A stretch of 37,146 nt of DNA from Shigella phage SfMu: the sequence record KP010268. One strand, 5' to 3'. Positions 9,023 through 17,813 of the stretch are shown piece by piece. The translations under genes and the position numbers were made by a program. The notes under the pieces were generated by a model. It saw nothing but the letters and a program-made list of their open reading frames with translations, did no database searches and was not told the origin of the DNA. Each line of letters starts with the position of its first letter. Positions within the stretch are counted from its first letter, which is position 1.

Positions 9023-9574
9023 ATGAATCGCACATCCCTGATTAAATTAATCCATGTCGCCCGTCGGGAGCTACAACTCGACGACGACACTTACCGCGCT
9101 TTTCTGATGCAGAAAACGGGCAAAATCAGTTGCCGCGAGCTGACGGTAACGCAACTGGAACAGGTGCTCGATGCCATGAAAGAACGCGGCTTTAAGAAGC
9201 TGAATAAACATCCACGTCGCCGCTTTAAGGGGCATGTCACGCCCCGCGAGAAGGTATACAAAGTCTGGCAGCAGATGGCAGAAGACGGTTTTATTACCGA
9301 TGGCGGTGATGTGGCGCTGGATAAATATGTTCAGCGCCTGACGGCGAAACGTAATGGCGGACAGGGTGTTTCCACGCTGGCGTGGTGTCATGGCGACACC
9401 CTGTTGATTGTTCTCGAAACTCTCAAGCAGTGGCATATCCGCTGTATTCGTGAAGCCTTTTCCCGTCACGGGCTTCCGTTGCCGGTCAGTCCGTCCGGGC
9501 GTGAACTGCGCGGCTATGATGCCATGACGGCGGCTTATGCCCATGCCAGAAAGACACGGAGGATGGCACAATGA
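9023..9574 (+). CDS. gemA: GemA-like early protein (183 aa)
   Basis: Size and position immediately upstream of mor match Mu gemA; GGAGG RBS. Confidence 0.6.
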   Translation: MNRTSLIKLIHVARRELQLDDDTYRAFLMQKTGKISCRELTVTQLEQVLDAMKERGFKKLNKHPRRRFKGHVTPREKVYKVWQQMAEDGFITDGGDVALDKYVQRLTAKRNGGQGVSTLAWCHGDTLLIVLETLKQWHIRCIREAFSRHGLPLPVSPSGRELRGYDAMTAAYAHARKTRRMAQ

Positions 9575-9960
9575 CGGAAGATTTATTTGGTGATTTGCAG
9601 GATGACACCATCCTGGCACATCTTGACAATCCCGCAGAGGATGCGTCACGCTTTCCGGCACTGCTGGCGGAGCTGAACGATTTACTGCGCGGGGAGTTGT
9701 CCCGGCTGGGTGTTGATCCTGCCCATTCACTGGAGATTGTTGTGGCTATCTGTAAGCATCTGGGTGGCGGTCAGGTCTACATTCCACGCGGTCAGGTTCT
9801 GGACTCGCTGATTCGGGATTTGCGTATCTGGAATGATTTTAACGGTCGCAACGTCAGCGAACTGACCACCCGTTATGGTGTCACTTTCAATACGGTTTAC
9901 AAGGCCATTCGCCGGATGCGACGGCTGAAATACCGCCAGTACCAGCCCTCACTTCTGTAA
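9571..9960 (+). CDS. mor: Mor, middle operon regulator (transcription activator)
   Basis: 129 aa MTEDLFGDLQDDTILAHLDNPAED... recognised as Mu Mor; last gene of early operon; paralogous to C downstream. Confidence 0.9.
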   Translation: MTEDLFGDLQDDTILAHLDNPAEDASRFPALLAELNDLLRGELSRLGVDPAHSLEIVVAICKHLGGGQVYIPRGQVLDSLIRDLRIWNDFNGRNVSELTTRYGVTFNTVYKAIRRMRRLKYRQYQPSLL

Positions 9961-9965
9961 ACAGT

Positions 9966-9990
9966 AAAGCCGGTTAATCCGGCTTTTTTT
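9966..9990 (+). terminator. Rho-independent terminator at end of early operon
   Basis: AAAGCCGG-TTAAT-CCGGCTTT hairpin followed by T-run, directly after mor stop. Confidence 0.8.
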
Positions 9991-10037
9991 ACGTCCTCAA
10001 TATCCTGTGATGAATAACCGTACCGGGGGAAATCATC

Positions 10038-10268
10038 ATGGGTAAAGGCTGGAATGCATCCTTTCATCTTGGCAGACGTGAGCGGCTGCGTCAGGAGGTT
10101 TTGCACCGTGTCGCCGGTGGGCCACGGCCTGCGCCCCGCGACTATACCGGTCATGATGGCACCCACGGCAGTTATTACATGAAAGGCTGGCAGTCAGTTG
10201 ATATGCCGGAAATTCTTCACCACTGTCAACGTTATAAGGAAAAATATTGTGTACAGAAAATTCAGTGA
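10038..10268 (+). CDS. Hypothetical middle-operon ORF (76 aa)
   Basis: ORF between early terminator and C; no recognisable RBS, basic and Gly/Pro-rich composition. Confidence 0.35.
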   Translation: MGKGWNASFHLGRRERLRQEVLHRVAGGPRPAPRDYTGHDGTHGSYYMKGWQSVDMPEILHHCQRYKEKYCVQKIQ

Positions 10269-10380
10269 TGAATGTTTCGGGCCGTCCACGCTGATTAATG
10301 CGATAAAAGTGATTGCCCTTGTGGTTCTGATAACCATCAGTGCCGTGGTGTATCTTTTTGTCTGTTAACCGGGGGAAAAT

Positions 10381-10803
10381 ATGCAGCATGATTTATTTGA
10401 ACACGATCCGGCAATTCGCCAGTTAATCGGGCATATTGATAACATCCCGGCCCCGGAACTGGAATCACGCTGGCCCCGTTCAGTGGTTGATCTGATTGAT
10501 GTTCTGGAAAACGAACTGAAACGCCAGAACGTCAGCAATCCCCGTGAGCTTGCCCGTAAACAGGCCGTTGCCCTGTCCTGTTTTCTGGGGGGGCGGCAGT
10601 TTTACATCCCCTGCGGCGATACGATCCTGACCGCGTTACGCGACGATTTGCTTTACTGCCAGTTCAATGGTCGTAACATGGAAGAACTGCGTCGCCAGTA
10701 CCGCCTGTCCCAGCCGCAGATCTACCAGATTATTGCCCGCCAGAGAAAGCTGCATACACGACGTCATCAGCCTGATCTGTTCTCACCTGAAAGCCAGAAA
10801 TAA
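10381..10803 (+). CDS. C: C, late gene transcription activator
   Basis: 140 aa MQHDLFEHDPAIRQLIGHIDNIPAPELE... recognised as Mu C; Mor paralog (shared ...FYIPCGDTIL / QVYIPRGQVL and ...CQFNGRNMEEL / NDFNGRNVSEL). Confidence 0.9.
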   Translation: MQHDLFEHDPAIRQLIGHIDNIPAPELESRWPRSVVDLIDVLENELKRQNVSNPRELARKQAVALSCFLGGRQFYIPCGDTILTALRDDLLYCQFNGRNMEELRRQYRLSQPQIYQIIARQRKLHTRRHQPDLFSPESQK

Positions 10804-10894
10804 CCGGCATCCTGCCGGTTATTTCCTGTCACCATAATCCCGCACCTGCCATCTGATTTTTTAGACTGCCATCAGAGCATTTTTTCAGGGAAGC
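10804..10894 (+). promoter_or_regulatory. Putative late promoter Plys (C-dependent), overlapping a hairpin at the C stop
   Basis: Motif CATAATCCCGCACCT about 48-56 bp upstream of lys ATG, shared with the region upstream of gene I; hairpin AACCGGCA-TCC-TGCCGGTT at 10802..10820. Confidence 0.5.
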
Positions 10895-11413
10895 ATGATG
10901 GCGGGGATACCAAAAAAACTGAAAGCCGCACTGCTGGCGGCAACGATTGCCGGTGGCGGTGTGGGTGGTTATCAGGAAATGACCCGTCATTCTCTGATCC
11001 ATCTGGAAAATATCGCTTATATGCCTTACCGCGATATTGCCAGTGTGCTTACGGTCTGTGTGGGACATACCGGGCCGGATATCGAAATGCGCCGTTACAG
11101 CCATGCGGAGTGTATGGCTTTTCTCGACAGTGATTTAAAACCGGTTTATGCGGCAATCGATCGTCTTGTCAGGGTGCCGCTGACGCCATATCAGAAAACG
11201 GCGCTGGCAACGTTTATTTTCAACACCGGTGTTACCGCATTCAGTAAATCAACGCTGCTGAAAAAACTCAATGCCGGTGATTACGCCGGAGCGCGTGACC
11301 AGATGGCCCGCTGGGTGTTTGCCGCAGGCCATAAATGGAAAGGACTGATGAACCGTCGCGAAGTGGAAATGGCTATCTGGAATATCAGGGGGGCGGATGA
11401 CCTTCGCCAGTAA
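10895..11413 (+). CDS. lys: Endolysin (lysozyme-like, SAR-type N-terminus)
   Basis: 172 aa; Gly/Ala-rich weakly hydrophobic N-terminus KKLKAALLAATIAGGGVGGY typical of signal-anchor-release endolysins; recognised as Mu Lys. Confidence 0.88.
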   Translation: MMAGIPKKLKAALLAATIAGGGVGGYQEMTRHSLIHLENIAYMPYRDIASVLTVCVGHTGPDIEMRRYSHAECMAFLDSDLKPVYAAIDRLVRVPLTPYQKTALATFIFNTGVTAFSKSTLLKKLNAGDYAGARDQMARWVFAAGHKWKGLMNRREVEMAIWNIRGADDLRQ

Positions 11414-11783
11414 AAGTTTACTGCTGGCAGCCGTGTTTGCCGCCGTTCTGTCCGGGGTGTTGTGGCACAGGCTGGACAGCACCCGCCACGATAACCAGAC
11501 GCTGCGCCGTGAATTACAGACGGAGCAACAGGCCCGCAACACGGCTGAATGGTTGTTACACAGTCAGGAACAGACGATGCAGGTATTTTCCGCTATCCGT
11601 GCCGCAAATCGTGCCGCGCGGCTGGCAGACGAGACAGAACATCATGATGCAAAACAAAAAATTACAACCGCCATTACCGGTGACAATTGCAGCACTCGTC
11701 CTGTGCCTGCCGTTGCTGCTGACAGGTTGCGGGAACTCGAAAAACGCACCCGTGCCATCGGTGGTGATCCTGCCCGAAACTGA
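11397..11783 (+). CDS. Inner-membrane spanin (i-spanin) candidate
   Basis: 128 aa with N-terminal transmembrane helix SLLLAAVFAAVLSGVLW then coiled-coil-like region; directly after endolysin. Confidence 0.7.
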   Translation: MTFASKSLLLAAVFAAVLSGVLWHRLDSTRHDNQTLRRELQTEQQARNTAEWLLHSQEQTMQVFSAIRAANRAARLADETEHHDAKQKITTAITGDNCSTRPVPAVAADRLRELEKRTRAIGGDPARN

Positions 11784-11985
11784 TGCAGAACTGACGGAAG
11801 CAACGCCCGTTCCGCCCATGCCACAGCCCCTGACGTGGGGAGCATCCCTGCTCTGGAATGCTGACCTGCTGATGGCGCTCGGGCAGTGCAACCGCGACAA
11901 GGCATCAGTCCGGGAACAGGAGACCCGGAGGAAAGAAATTTATGAACGAAGACCAGAACCGGGCGGTGGCGCTGCTGCTCGCTGA
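11644..11985 (+). CDS. Outer-membrane lipoprotein spanin (o-spanin) candidate, overlapping i-spanin in another frame
   Basis: MMQNKKLQPPLPVTIAALVLCLPLLLTGCGNSKN: signal peptide with lipobox LTGC; Pro-rich mature region; start embedded in the i-spanin gene. Confidence 0.7.
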   Translation: MMQNKKLQPPLPVTIAALVLCLPLLLTGCGNSKNAPVPSVVILPETDAELTEATPVPPMPQPLTWGASLLWNADLLMALGQCNRDKASVREQETRRKEIYERRPEPGGGAAAR

Positions 11986-12136
11986 ACTCTGGCAGGGGAA
12001 TACCCGTGATATTCCCCGTCCGGCGGCGTATGACCCGCCTGTATTGTGCGCCGGTTGCGGTCGTGAGCTGCGGCCTGATGTGCTGAGACAGCAGCCGATG
12101 GCGAACTACTGCCACTGGTGCCGTGGAGCAGAATAA
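11942..12136 (+). CDS. Small Cys-rich protein (64 aa) in lysis region
   Basis: CAGC ... CHWC zinc-ribbon-like motifs; GGAGG RBS upstream of ATG. Confidence 0.55.
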   Translation: MNEDQNRAVALLLAELWQGNTRDIPRPAAYDPPVLCAGCGRELRPDVLRQQPMANYCHWCRGAE

Positions 12137-12438
12137 TGGATTCAGTTTTAGCGTTATGGCCTTACCTGTTGTACCTGTTGCCTGTCGCCGCCGGTGGGGC
12201 CGTCTGGGCGATGCGTCGTAGTTTTGCCAGCACCGAGCGTGTGGAGCGTCTTGAAAACCGGATGACCGAAATGGAAACCCGCTACGCCAGCATCCCTGGC
12301 ACAGAAGATGTACACGAAATGCGCCTGCGAATTGCAGAGCTGTCCGGCGATATCCGGGTGCTGTCCCAGCGGGTGCAGTCATTTTCCCATCAACTGGAGC
12401 TGCTGCTTGAAAACGCAGTAAACCGGAGTAATTCATGA
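12136..12438 (+). CDS. Small membrane protein with coiled coil (100 aa), possible releasin-like lysis factor
   Basis: N-terminal hydrophobic helix LALWPYLLYLLPVAAGGAVWA then helical region; TAATG overlap with previous stop, GGAG RBS; function by position only. Confidence 0.5.
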   Translation: MDSVLALWPYLLYLLPVAAGGAVWAMRRSFASTERVERLENRMTEMETRYASIPGTEDVHEMRLRIAELSGDIRVLSQRVQSFSHQLELLLENAVNRSNS

Positions 12439-12725
12439 TTAACGATATTCTGACCGAAGACCGTCGTCTGGTCATCCTACGTTCCCTGATGGACTGCAAT
12501 AACGAAGCCAACGAATCCATCCTTCAGGACTGTCTGGATGCATACGGACACAACGTTTCCCGCGATGTGGTTCGCGGCCAGATTGACTGGCTGGCAGAGC
12601 AGCAACTGGTCACCGTGGAAAACCTGCGCGGCTTTTATGTCGTAACGCTGACCTCCCGAGGTCAGGATGTGGCGGAAGGTCGTGCCCGCGTTGCCGGTGT
12701 CAAGCGTCCTCGTCCCCGTGCATGA
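12435..12725 (+). CDS. Hypothetical late protein (96 aa)
   Basis: ATGA overlap with previous gene, GGAG RBS. Confidence 0.6.
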   Translation: MINDILTEDRRLVILRSLMDCNNEANESILQDCLDAYGHNVSRDVVRGQIDWLAEQQLVTVENLRGFYVVTLTSRGQDVAEGRARVAGVKRPRPRA

Positions 12726-13312
12726 CAGGAGGCGTGATGGACAGGAAAACACGGGGCCGGGCTTCAAAAGTGGATTTACTGCCGGAAAACGTACGTAAAA
12801 CGCTGCATGAAATGCTGCGTGATAAAGCGATCCCACAGGCCCGCATTCTGGAAGAAATTAACGCACTGATTGAAGACGCTGGCCTGCCGGATGAGATGAA
12901 ACTCTCCCGTTCCGGTCTGAACCGTTACGCGACGAACGTCGAGCAGGTAGGCCATAACCTGCGACAGATGCGTGAAATGACGTCAGCACTGACCGCAGAA
13001 CTTGGCGACAAGCCAATGGGAGAAACCACAAAGCTGATTCTGGAAATGGCCCGCAGCCAGCTTTTTAAGGCCATGATGCGGCAAATCGAAAACCCGGAAT
13101 CTGACGTGGATATTGACCTGCTGAAAAATGCCATGCTGGCGGCACAGCGTCTGGAATCCACGGCAATGTCCAGCCACCGGCGCGAGAAAGAAATCCGCCA
13201 GGCATTCGCAGAAGAAGCGGCAAACGCCGTCAGTGAAGAACTGCGCGGGCAGGATGGCATCAGCGAAGAGCTGGAGCAGCGTATCCGTGATGTGCTGCTG
13301 GGTAAGGCATGA
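12722..13312 (+). CDS. Putative terminase small subunit / DNA-binding packaging protein (start at 12722 or 12737)
   Basis: 191-196 aa protein immediately upstream of large terminase; assignment by position. Confidence 0.5.
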   Translation: MTGGVMDRKTRGRASKVDLLPENVRKTLHEMLRDKAIPQARILEEINALIEDAGLPDEMKLSRSGLNRYATNVEQVGHNLRQMREMTSALTAELGDKPMGETTKLILEMARSQLFKAMMRQIENPESDVDIDLLKNAMLAAQRLESTAMSSHRREKEIRQAFAEEAANAVSEELRGQDGISEELEQRIRDVLLGKA

Positions 13313-13319
13313 GAGGGTT

Positions 13320-14975
13320 ATGAACACCAGAGAAAACAATCTTAAAGCCCTTCATGCCCCCCGAAAAATCGACCTGCGTAAGGAAGCCGAACTGCTGGGC
13401 GTGAATATCGTTACCGATATCGGGGAAGCACAGCCTCGCAATGAACCGGTTTTTCTGGGTTATCAGCGCCGCTGGTTTGAGGATGAAAGCCAGATTTGTA
13501 TTGCTGAAAAATCCCGTCGTACCGGTCTGACATGGGCCGAAGCGGGCCGCAATGTCATGACGGCAGCAAAGCCGCGTCGCCGTGGCGGTCGCAACGTTTT
13601 TTATGTGGGTTCCCGTCAGGAAATGGCGCTGGAATACATTGCCGCCTGTGCCCTGTTTGCCCGCGCCTTTAACCAACTGGCAAAGGCTGACGTATGGGAG
13701 CAGACCTTCTGGGACAGCGACAAAAAAGAAGAAATCCTCACTTATATGATCCGTTTCCCTAACAGCGGATTTAAGGTGCAGGCGCTGTCAAGCCGTCCGT
13801 CTAACCTGCGTGGTTTGCAGGGGGACGTGGTGATTGATGAGGCGGCATTTCATGAAGCCCTGGACGAACTCCTGAAAGCGGCTTTTGCTCTCACCATGTG
13901 GGGTGCCCGCGTGCGGATCATATCGACACATAACGGCGTCGATAACCTGTTTAACCAGTACATTCAGGATGCGCGCGAGGGGCGCAAGGATTACAGCGTT
14001 CACCGCATCACGCTGGATGATGCCATCGCTGACGGGTTGTACCGACGTATCTGTTACGTCACGAATCAGCCGTGGTCGCCGGAAGCGGAAAAAGCCTGGC
14101 GTGATGGCCTGTACCGGAATGCGCCGAATAAAGAGAGTGCCGACGAGGAATACGGCTGCATTCCCAAAAAATCCGGGGGCGCTTATCTGTCACGCGTGCT
14201 GATTGAAGCCGCCATGACGCCAGTGCGGGATATCCCGATTCTGCGTTTTGAAGCCCCGGACGATTTTGAATCGCTGACACCACAAATGCGCCACGGCATC
14301 GTTCAGGACTGGTGTGAACAGGAGCTGCTCCCGTTGCTCGATGCGCTGTCGCCGCTCAATAAACACGTACTGGGCGAAGACTTTGCACGCCGTGGCGACC
14401 TGACGGTGTTTGTGCCGCTTGCCATCACTCCTGACTTACGCAAACGCGAATGTTTCCGCGTGGAGCTGCGTAATGTGACCTATGACCAGCAGCGACAAAT
14501 CCTTTTATTCATTCTGTCCCGTTTGCCCCGTTTTACCGGCGCTGCATTTGATGCCACCGGTAACGGCGGTTATCTGGCAGAAGCCGCCCGTCTGATTTAT
14601 GGCCCGGAGATGATCGACTGTGTGAATCTGACCGCATCCTGGTATCAGGAGTGGATGCCGAAACTGAAAGGCGAGTTTGAAGCGCAGAACATCACGATTG
14701 CCCGGCACCAGACCACACTTGATGACCTGCTCCACATCAAGGTGGACAAAGGTATTCCGCAGATTGATAAGGGGCGCACAAAAGATGAAGGCGGTAAAGG
14801 CCGACGACATGGCGACTTTGCCGTGGCGCTCTGTATGGCTGTCAGGGCGTCTTATATGAATGGTTTTGTTATCGACGAGGACAGCATACAGGCGCTGCCA
14901 CCACGCCACCGTGGTGATGATGTTGATAACGATGATTTTGATGATTATCACCAGTTTGAACGAGGGGGCTGGTAA
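13320..14975 (+). CDS. Terminase large subunit
   Basis: 551 aa; ATG 13320 with GAGAGGG RBS (six-frame ORF extends upstream to 13128); motif VVIDEAAFH; precedes portal. Confidence 0.8.
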   Translation: MNTRENNLKALHAPRKIDLRKEAELLGVNIVTDIGEAQPRNEPVFLGYQRRWFEDESQICIAEKSRRTGLTWAEAGRNVMTAAKPRRRGGRNVFYVGSRQEMALEYIAACALFARAFNQLAKADVWEQTFWDSDKKEEILTYMIRFPNSGFKVQALSSRPSNLRGLQGDVVIDEAAFHEALDELLKAAFALTMWGARVRIISTHNGVDNLFNQYIQDAREGRKDYSVHRITLDDAIADGLYRRICYVTNQPWSPEAEKAWRDGLYRNAPNKESADEEYGCIPKKSGGAYLSRVLIEAAMTPVRDIPILRFEAPDDFESLTPQMRHGIVQDWCEQELLPLLDALSPLNKHVLGEDFARRGDLTVFVPLAITPDLRKRECFRVELRNVTYDQQRQILLFILSRLPRFTGAAFDATGNGGYLAEAARLIYGPEMIDCVNLTASWYQEWMPKLKGEFEAQNITIARHQTTLDDLLHIKVDKGIPQIDKGRTKDEGGKGRRHGDFAVALCMAVRASYMNGFVIDEDSIQALPPRHRGDDVDNDDFDDYHQFERGGW

Positions 14976-16513
14976 TGGGCCGTATTCTGGATATTTCCGG
15001 GCAGCCGTTTGATTTTGACGATGAAATGCAGACCCGCAGCGATGAGCTGGCAATGGTCATGAAGCGCACGCAGGAGCATCCTTCCAGTGGTGTGACGCCA
15101 AACCGGGCCGCGCAGATGCTGCGTGATGCCGAACGCGGTGATCTGACAGCACAGGCTGACCTGGCCTTTGATATGGAAGAAAAGGACACCCACCTTTTTT
15201 CCGAACTGAGCAAACGCCGCCTTGCCATTCAGGCGCTGGAATGGCGCATCGCTCCGGCACGTGATGCCAGCGCACAGGAGAAAAAAGACGCTGACATGCT
15301 GAATGAATATCTGCATGATGCGGCGTGGTTTGAAGATGCCCTGTTTGATGCCGGTGATGCCATTCTCAAGGGTTATTCCATGCAGGAGATTGAATGGGGC
15401 TGGCTGGGAAAAATGCGCGTGCCGGTGGCGCTGCATCATCGCGATCCGGCGCTGTTCTGCGCGAACCCCGATAATCTGAACGAATTACGTTTGCGTGATA
15501 CGTCTTATCACGGGCTGGAGCTGCAACCATTCGGCTGGTTTATGCACCGGGCCAAATCCCGCACCGGGTACGTTGGCACCAATGGCCTTGTGCGCACGCT
15601 TATCTGGCCTTTTATTTTTAAAAACTATTCCGTGCGTGATTTTGCGGAGTTCCTGGAAATTTACGGACTCCCCATGCGCGTCGGTAAATATCCGACCGGC
15701 TCCACAAACCGCGAAAAAGCCACGCTGATGCAGGCCGTGATGGATATCGGGCGACGTGCCGGTGGCATTATTCCGATGGGGATGACGCTGGATTTTCAGA
15801 GCGCCGCAGATGGTCAGTCTGATCCCTTTATGGCGATGATTGGCTGGGCAGAAAAAGCGATTTCAAAAGCCATTCTGGGCGGCACCCTGACCACAGAGGC
15901 TGGCGATAAAGGTGCACGGTCGCTGGGTGAAGTGCATGATGAGGTTCGCCGGGAAATCCGTAACGCGGATGTGGGCCAGCTTGCCCGCAGTATTAACCGT
16001 GACCTGATTTATCCCCTGCTGGCACTGAACAGTGACAGCACCATTGATATTAACCGCCTGCCGGGCATTGTATTTGATACCAGTGAAGCGGGTGATATTA
16101 CGGCACTGTCTGACGCCATTCCGAAACTGGCGGCGGGAATGCGTATTCCGGTCTCCTGGATACAGGAAAAACTCCATATTCCGCAGCCGGTCGGTGATGA
16201 AGCCGTGTTTACTGCTCAACCGGTCGTCATGGATAACGGTCCGCAGAAAGAGGCCGCATTATCCGCTGAAGATATCCCGCAGGAGGATGATATCGACCGG
16301 ATGGGCGTCTCACCGGAAGATTGGCAGCGTTCGGTTGATCCCCTGCTGAAACCCGTCATTTTTTCTGTGCTGAAAGATGGCCCGGAAGCCGCCATGAACA
16401 AAGCTGCTTCATTATATCCGCAGATGGATGATGCAGAACTTATCGACATGCTGACCCGTGCCATTTTTGTTGCCGATATATGGGGGCGTCTGGATGCCGC
16501 AGCAGACCATTGA
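14975..16513 (+). CDS. Portal protein
   Basis: 512 aa directly after terminase with TAATG overlap; Mu portal-like by size and position. Confidence 0.8.
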   Translation: MGRILDISGQPFDFDDEMQTRSDELAMVMKRTQEHPSSGVTPNRAAQMLRDAERGDLTAQADLAFDMEEKDTHLFSELSKRRLAIQALEWRIAPARDASAQEKKDADMLNEYLHDAAWFEDALFDAGDAILKGYSMQEIEWGWLGKMRVPVALHHRDPALFCANPDNLNELRLRDTSYHGLELQPFGWFMHRAKSRTGYVGTNGLVRTLIWPFIFKNYSVRDFAEFLEIYGLPMRVGKYPTGSTNREKATLMQAVMDIGRRAGGIIPMGMTLDFQSAADGQSDPFMAMIGWAEKAISKAILGGTLTTEAGDKGARSLGEVHDEVRREIRNADVGQLARSINRDLIYPLLALNSDSTIDINRLPGIVFDTSEAGDITALSDAIPKLAAGMRIPVSWIQEKLHIPQPVGDEAVFTAQPVVMDNGPQKEAALSAEDIPQEDDIDRMGVSPEDWQRSVDPLLKPVIFSVLKDGPEAAMNKAASLYPQMDDAELIDMLTRAIFVADIWGRLDAAADH

Positions 16514-17813
16514 TCTGGCGTATGCCGCACGCCTCCCGCCAAAGGAGGCTGTCGCGTATTTCCGCGCCAAAGGCTACAACATCACCTGGAACTGGTACGA
16601 ACAACTGGCAGACGCGCACGCACGCGCCTTTACCGTTGCCAAAGCCACCCGGATGGATGTACTGACCACAATCCGTGAGGAAGTGGAGCGGGCTGTCAGT
16701 GAAGGCATCACCCGTGAGGAATTTACCCGCACACTGGCCCCCCGGCTGCAAAAACTCGGATGGTGGGGAAAACAAATCATCGTGGATGCAGACGTAAACG
16801 CAAAGGTAATCGAGCTGGGCAGTCCGCGTCGTCTGGCAACCATTTATAACGTCAATACCCGTACGGCGTATGGGGTAGGACGTTATGCGCAGATGATGAA
16901 TACCGCCGATTTGTACCCGTACTGGCAGTACATTGCCGTTATGGATGGCAGAACACGCCCGGAACATGCGCGGCTGCACAATATGGTTTTCCGGTATGAC
17001 GACATTTTCTGGCAGACGCATTACCCGCCCAATGGCTGGAACTGCCGCTGTCGCGTCCGGGCGCTGTCTGCGGCCCGCATGAAAGAACTGGGGTTACAGG
17101 TCAGTTATGGTGCGTCATTCATGAATACCCGCGAAGTGGATGCCGGTACGGATGAAAGCACCGGCGAGATTTTCCGCACATCGTCAACCACGTTTGACAA
17201 CGGTCGGGTAAAAATGACGCCGGATGTGGGCTGGTCATATAACCCCGGTTCGGCGGCATTTGGTACGGATCAGGCACTGATTCGAAAACTGGTGGAAATT
17301 CGCGACGCGCAGTTGCGTGAGCAGGTTGTTCAGACGCTGAATAACAGCCGGGAGCGTCAGCTTGCTTTTTCCCTCTGGCTTAAACGCCTGGCAGGATTAC
17401 GTCAGACCGGTCATGAAATCCGGGCACTGGGTTTTATGACGGAATCGGTAGCTGAAGCCGTACATCAGCGCACCGGGAATATGCCAGCCCGTCTGCTTGT
17501 GATGAACGGGAAAAGTCTGGCGACCACTGCTGATGCCGCCCTGAAACCGGAAGATTTACAGCGTCTGCCGTCGCTGATGGCAAAACCACAGGCGGTATTG
17601 TGGGACAGGGAGAACCACCAGTTGCTGTATGTTGTGGCAACCCGTGACGGCATGGCCCGGATTGTGGTCAGAACATCACAGACAGTCGGCAGGCAGAATG
17701 ACCGTGCGGATGTGCTGGTCAGTATCAGCCGCGTATCTGCACAGTCGCTTGAAGCCGCGATTGCTGACGGGATGATTGACGTACTGGAGGGGCATGTGGA
17801 GGTGAATAAGTGA
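16494..17813 (+). CDS. Head morphogenesis protein (Mu F-like)
   Basis: About 439 aa from ATG 16494 (six-frame ORF from 16458); follows portal as in Mu. Confidence 0.7.
   Translation: MPQQTIDLAYAARLPPKEAVAYFRAKGYNITWNWYEQLADAHARAFTVAKATRMDVLTTIREEVERAVSEGITREEFTRTLAPRLQKLGWWGKQIIVDADVNAKVIELGSPRRLATIYNVNTRTAYGVGRYAQMMNTADLYPYWQYIAVMDGRTRPEHARLHNMVFRYDDIFWQTHYPPNGWNCRCRVRALSAARMKELGLQVSYGASFMNTREVDAGTDESTGEIFRTSSTTFDNGRVKMTPDVGWSYNPGSAAFGTDQALIRKLVEIRDAQLREQVVQTLNNSRERQLAFSLWLKRLAGLRQTGHEIRALGFMTESVAEAVHQRTGNMPARLLVMNGKSLATTADAALKPEDLQRLPSLMAKPQAVLWDRENHQLLYVVATRDGMARIVVRTSQTVGRQNDRADVLVSISRVSAQSLEAAIADGMIDVLEGHVEVNK

Noticed and set aside
9071-9730. 219-aa minus-strand ORF
   Set aside because: Antisense to gemA and mor, both recognised; composition not protein-like
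11642-12520. 292-aa minus-strand ORF across the lysis genes
   Set aside because: Entirely antisense to well-supported plus-strand genes (spanins, small proteins); Arg/Ser/Pro-rich composition typical of a spurious GC-rich antisense frame; no RBS
13128-13319. Upstream 64-codon extension of the terminase large subunit ORF
   Set aside because: The extension overlaps the preceding gene in another frame; ATG 13320 directly follows that gene's stop and has a strong RBS
14505-15439. Minus-strand ORFs of 182, 119 and 163 aa
   Set aside because: Antisense to terminase and portal genes; no start signals; overlapping each other
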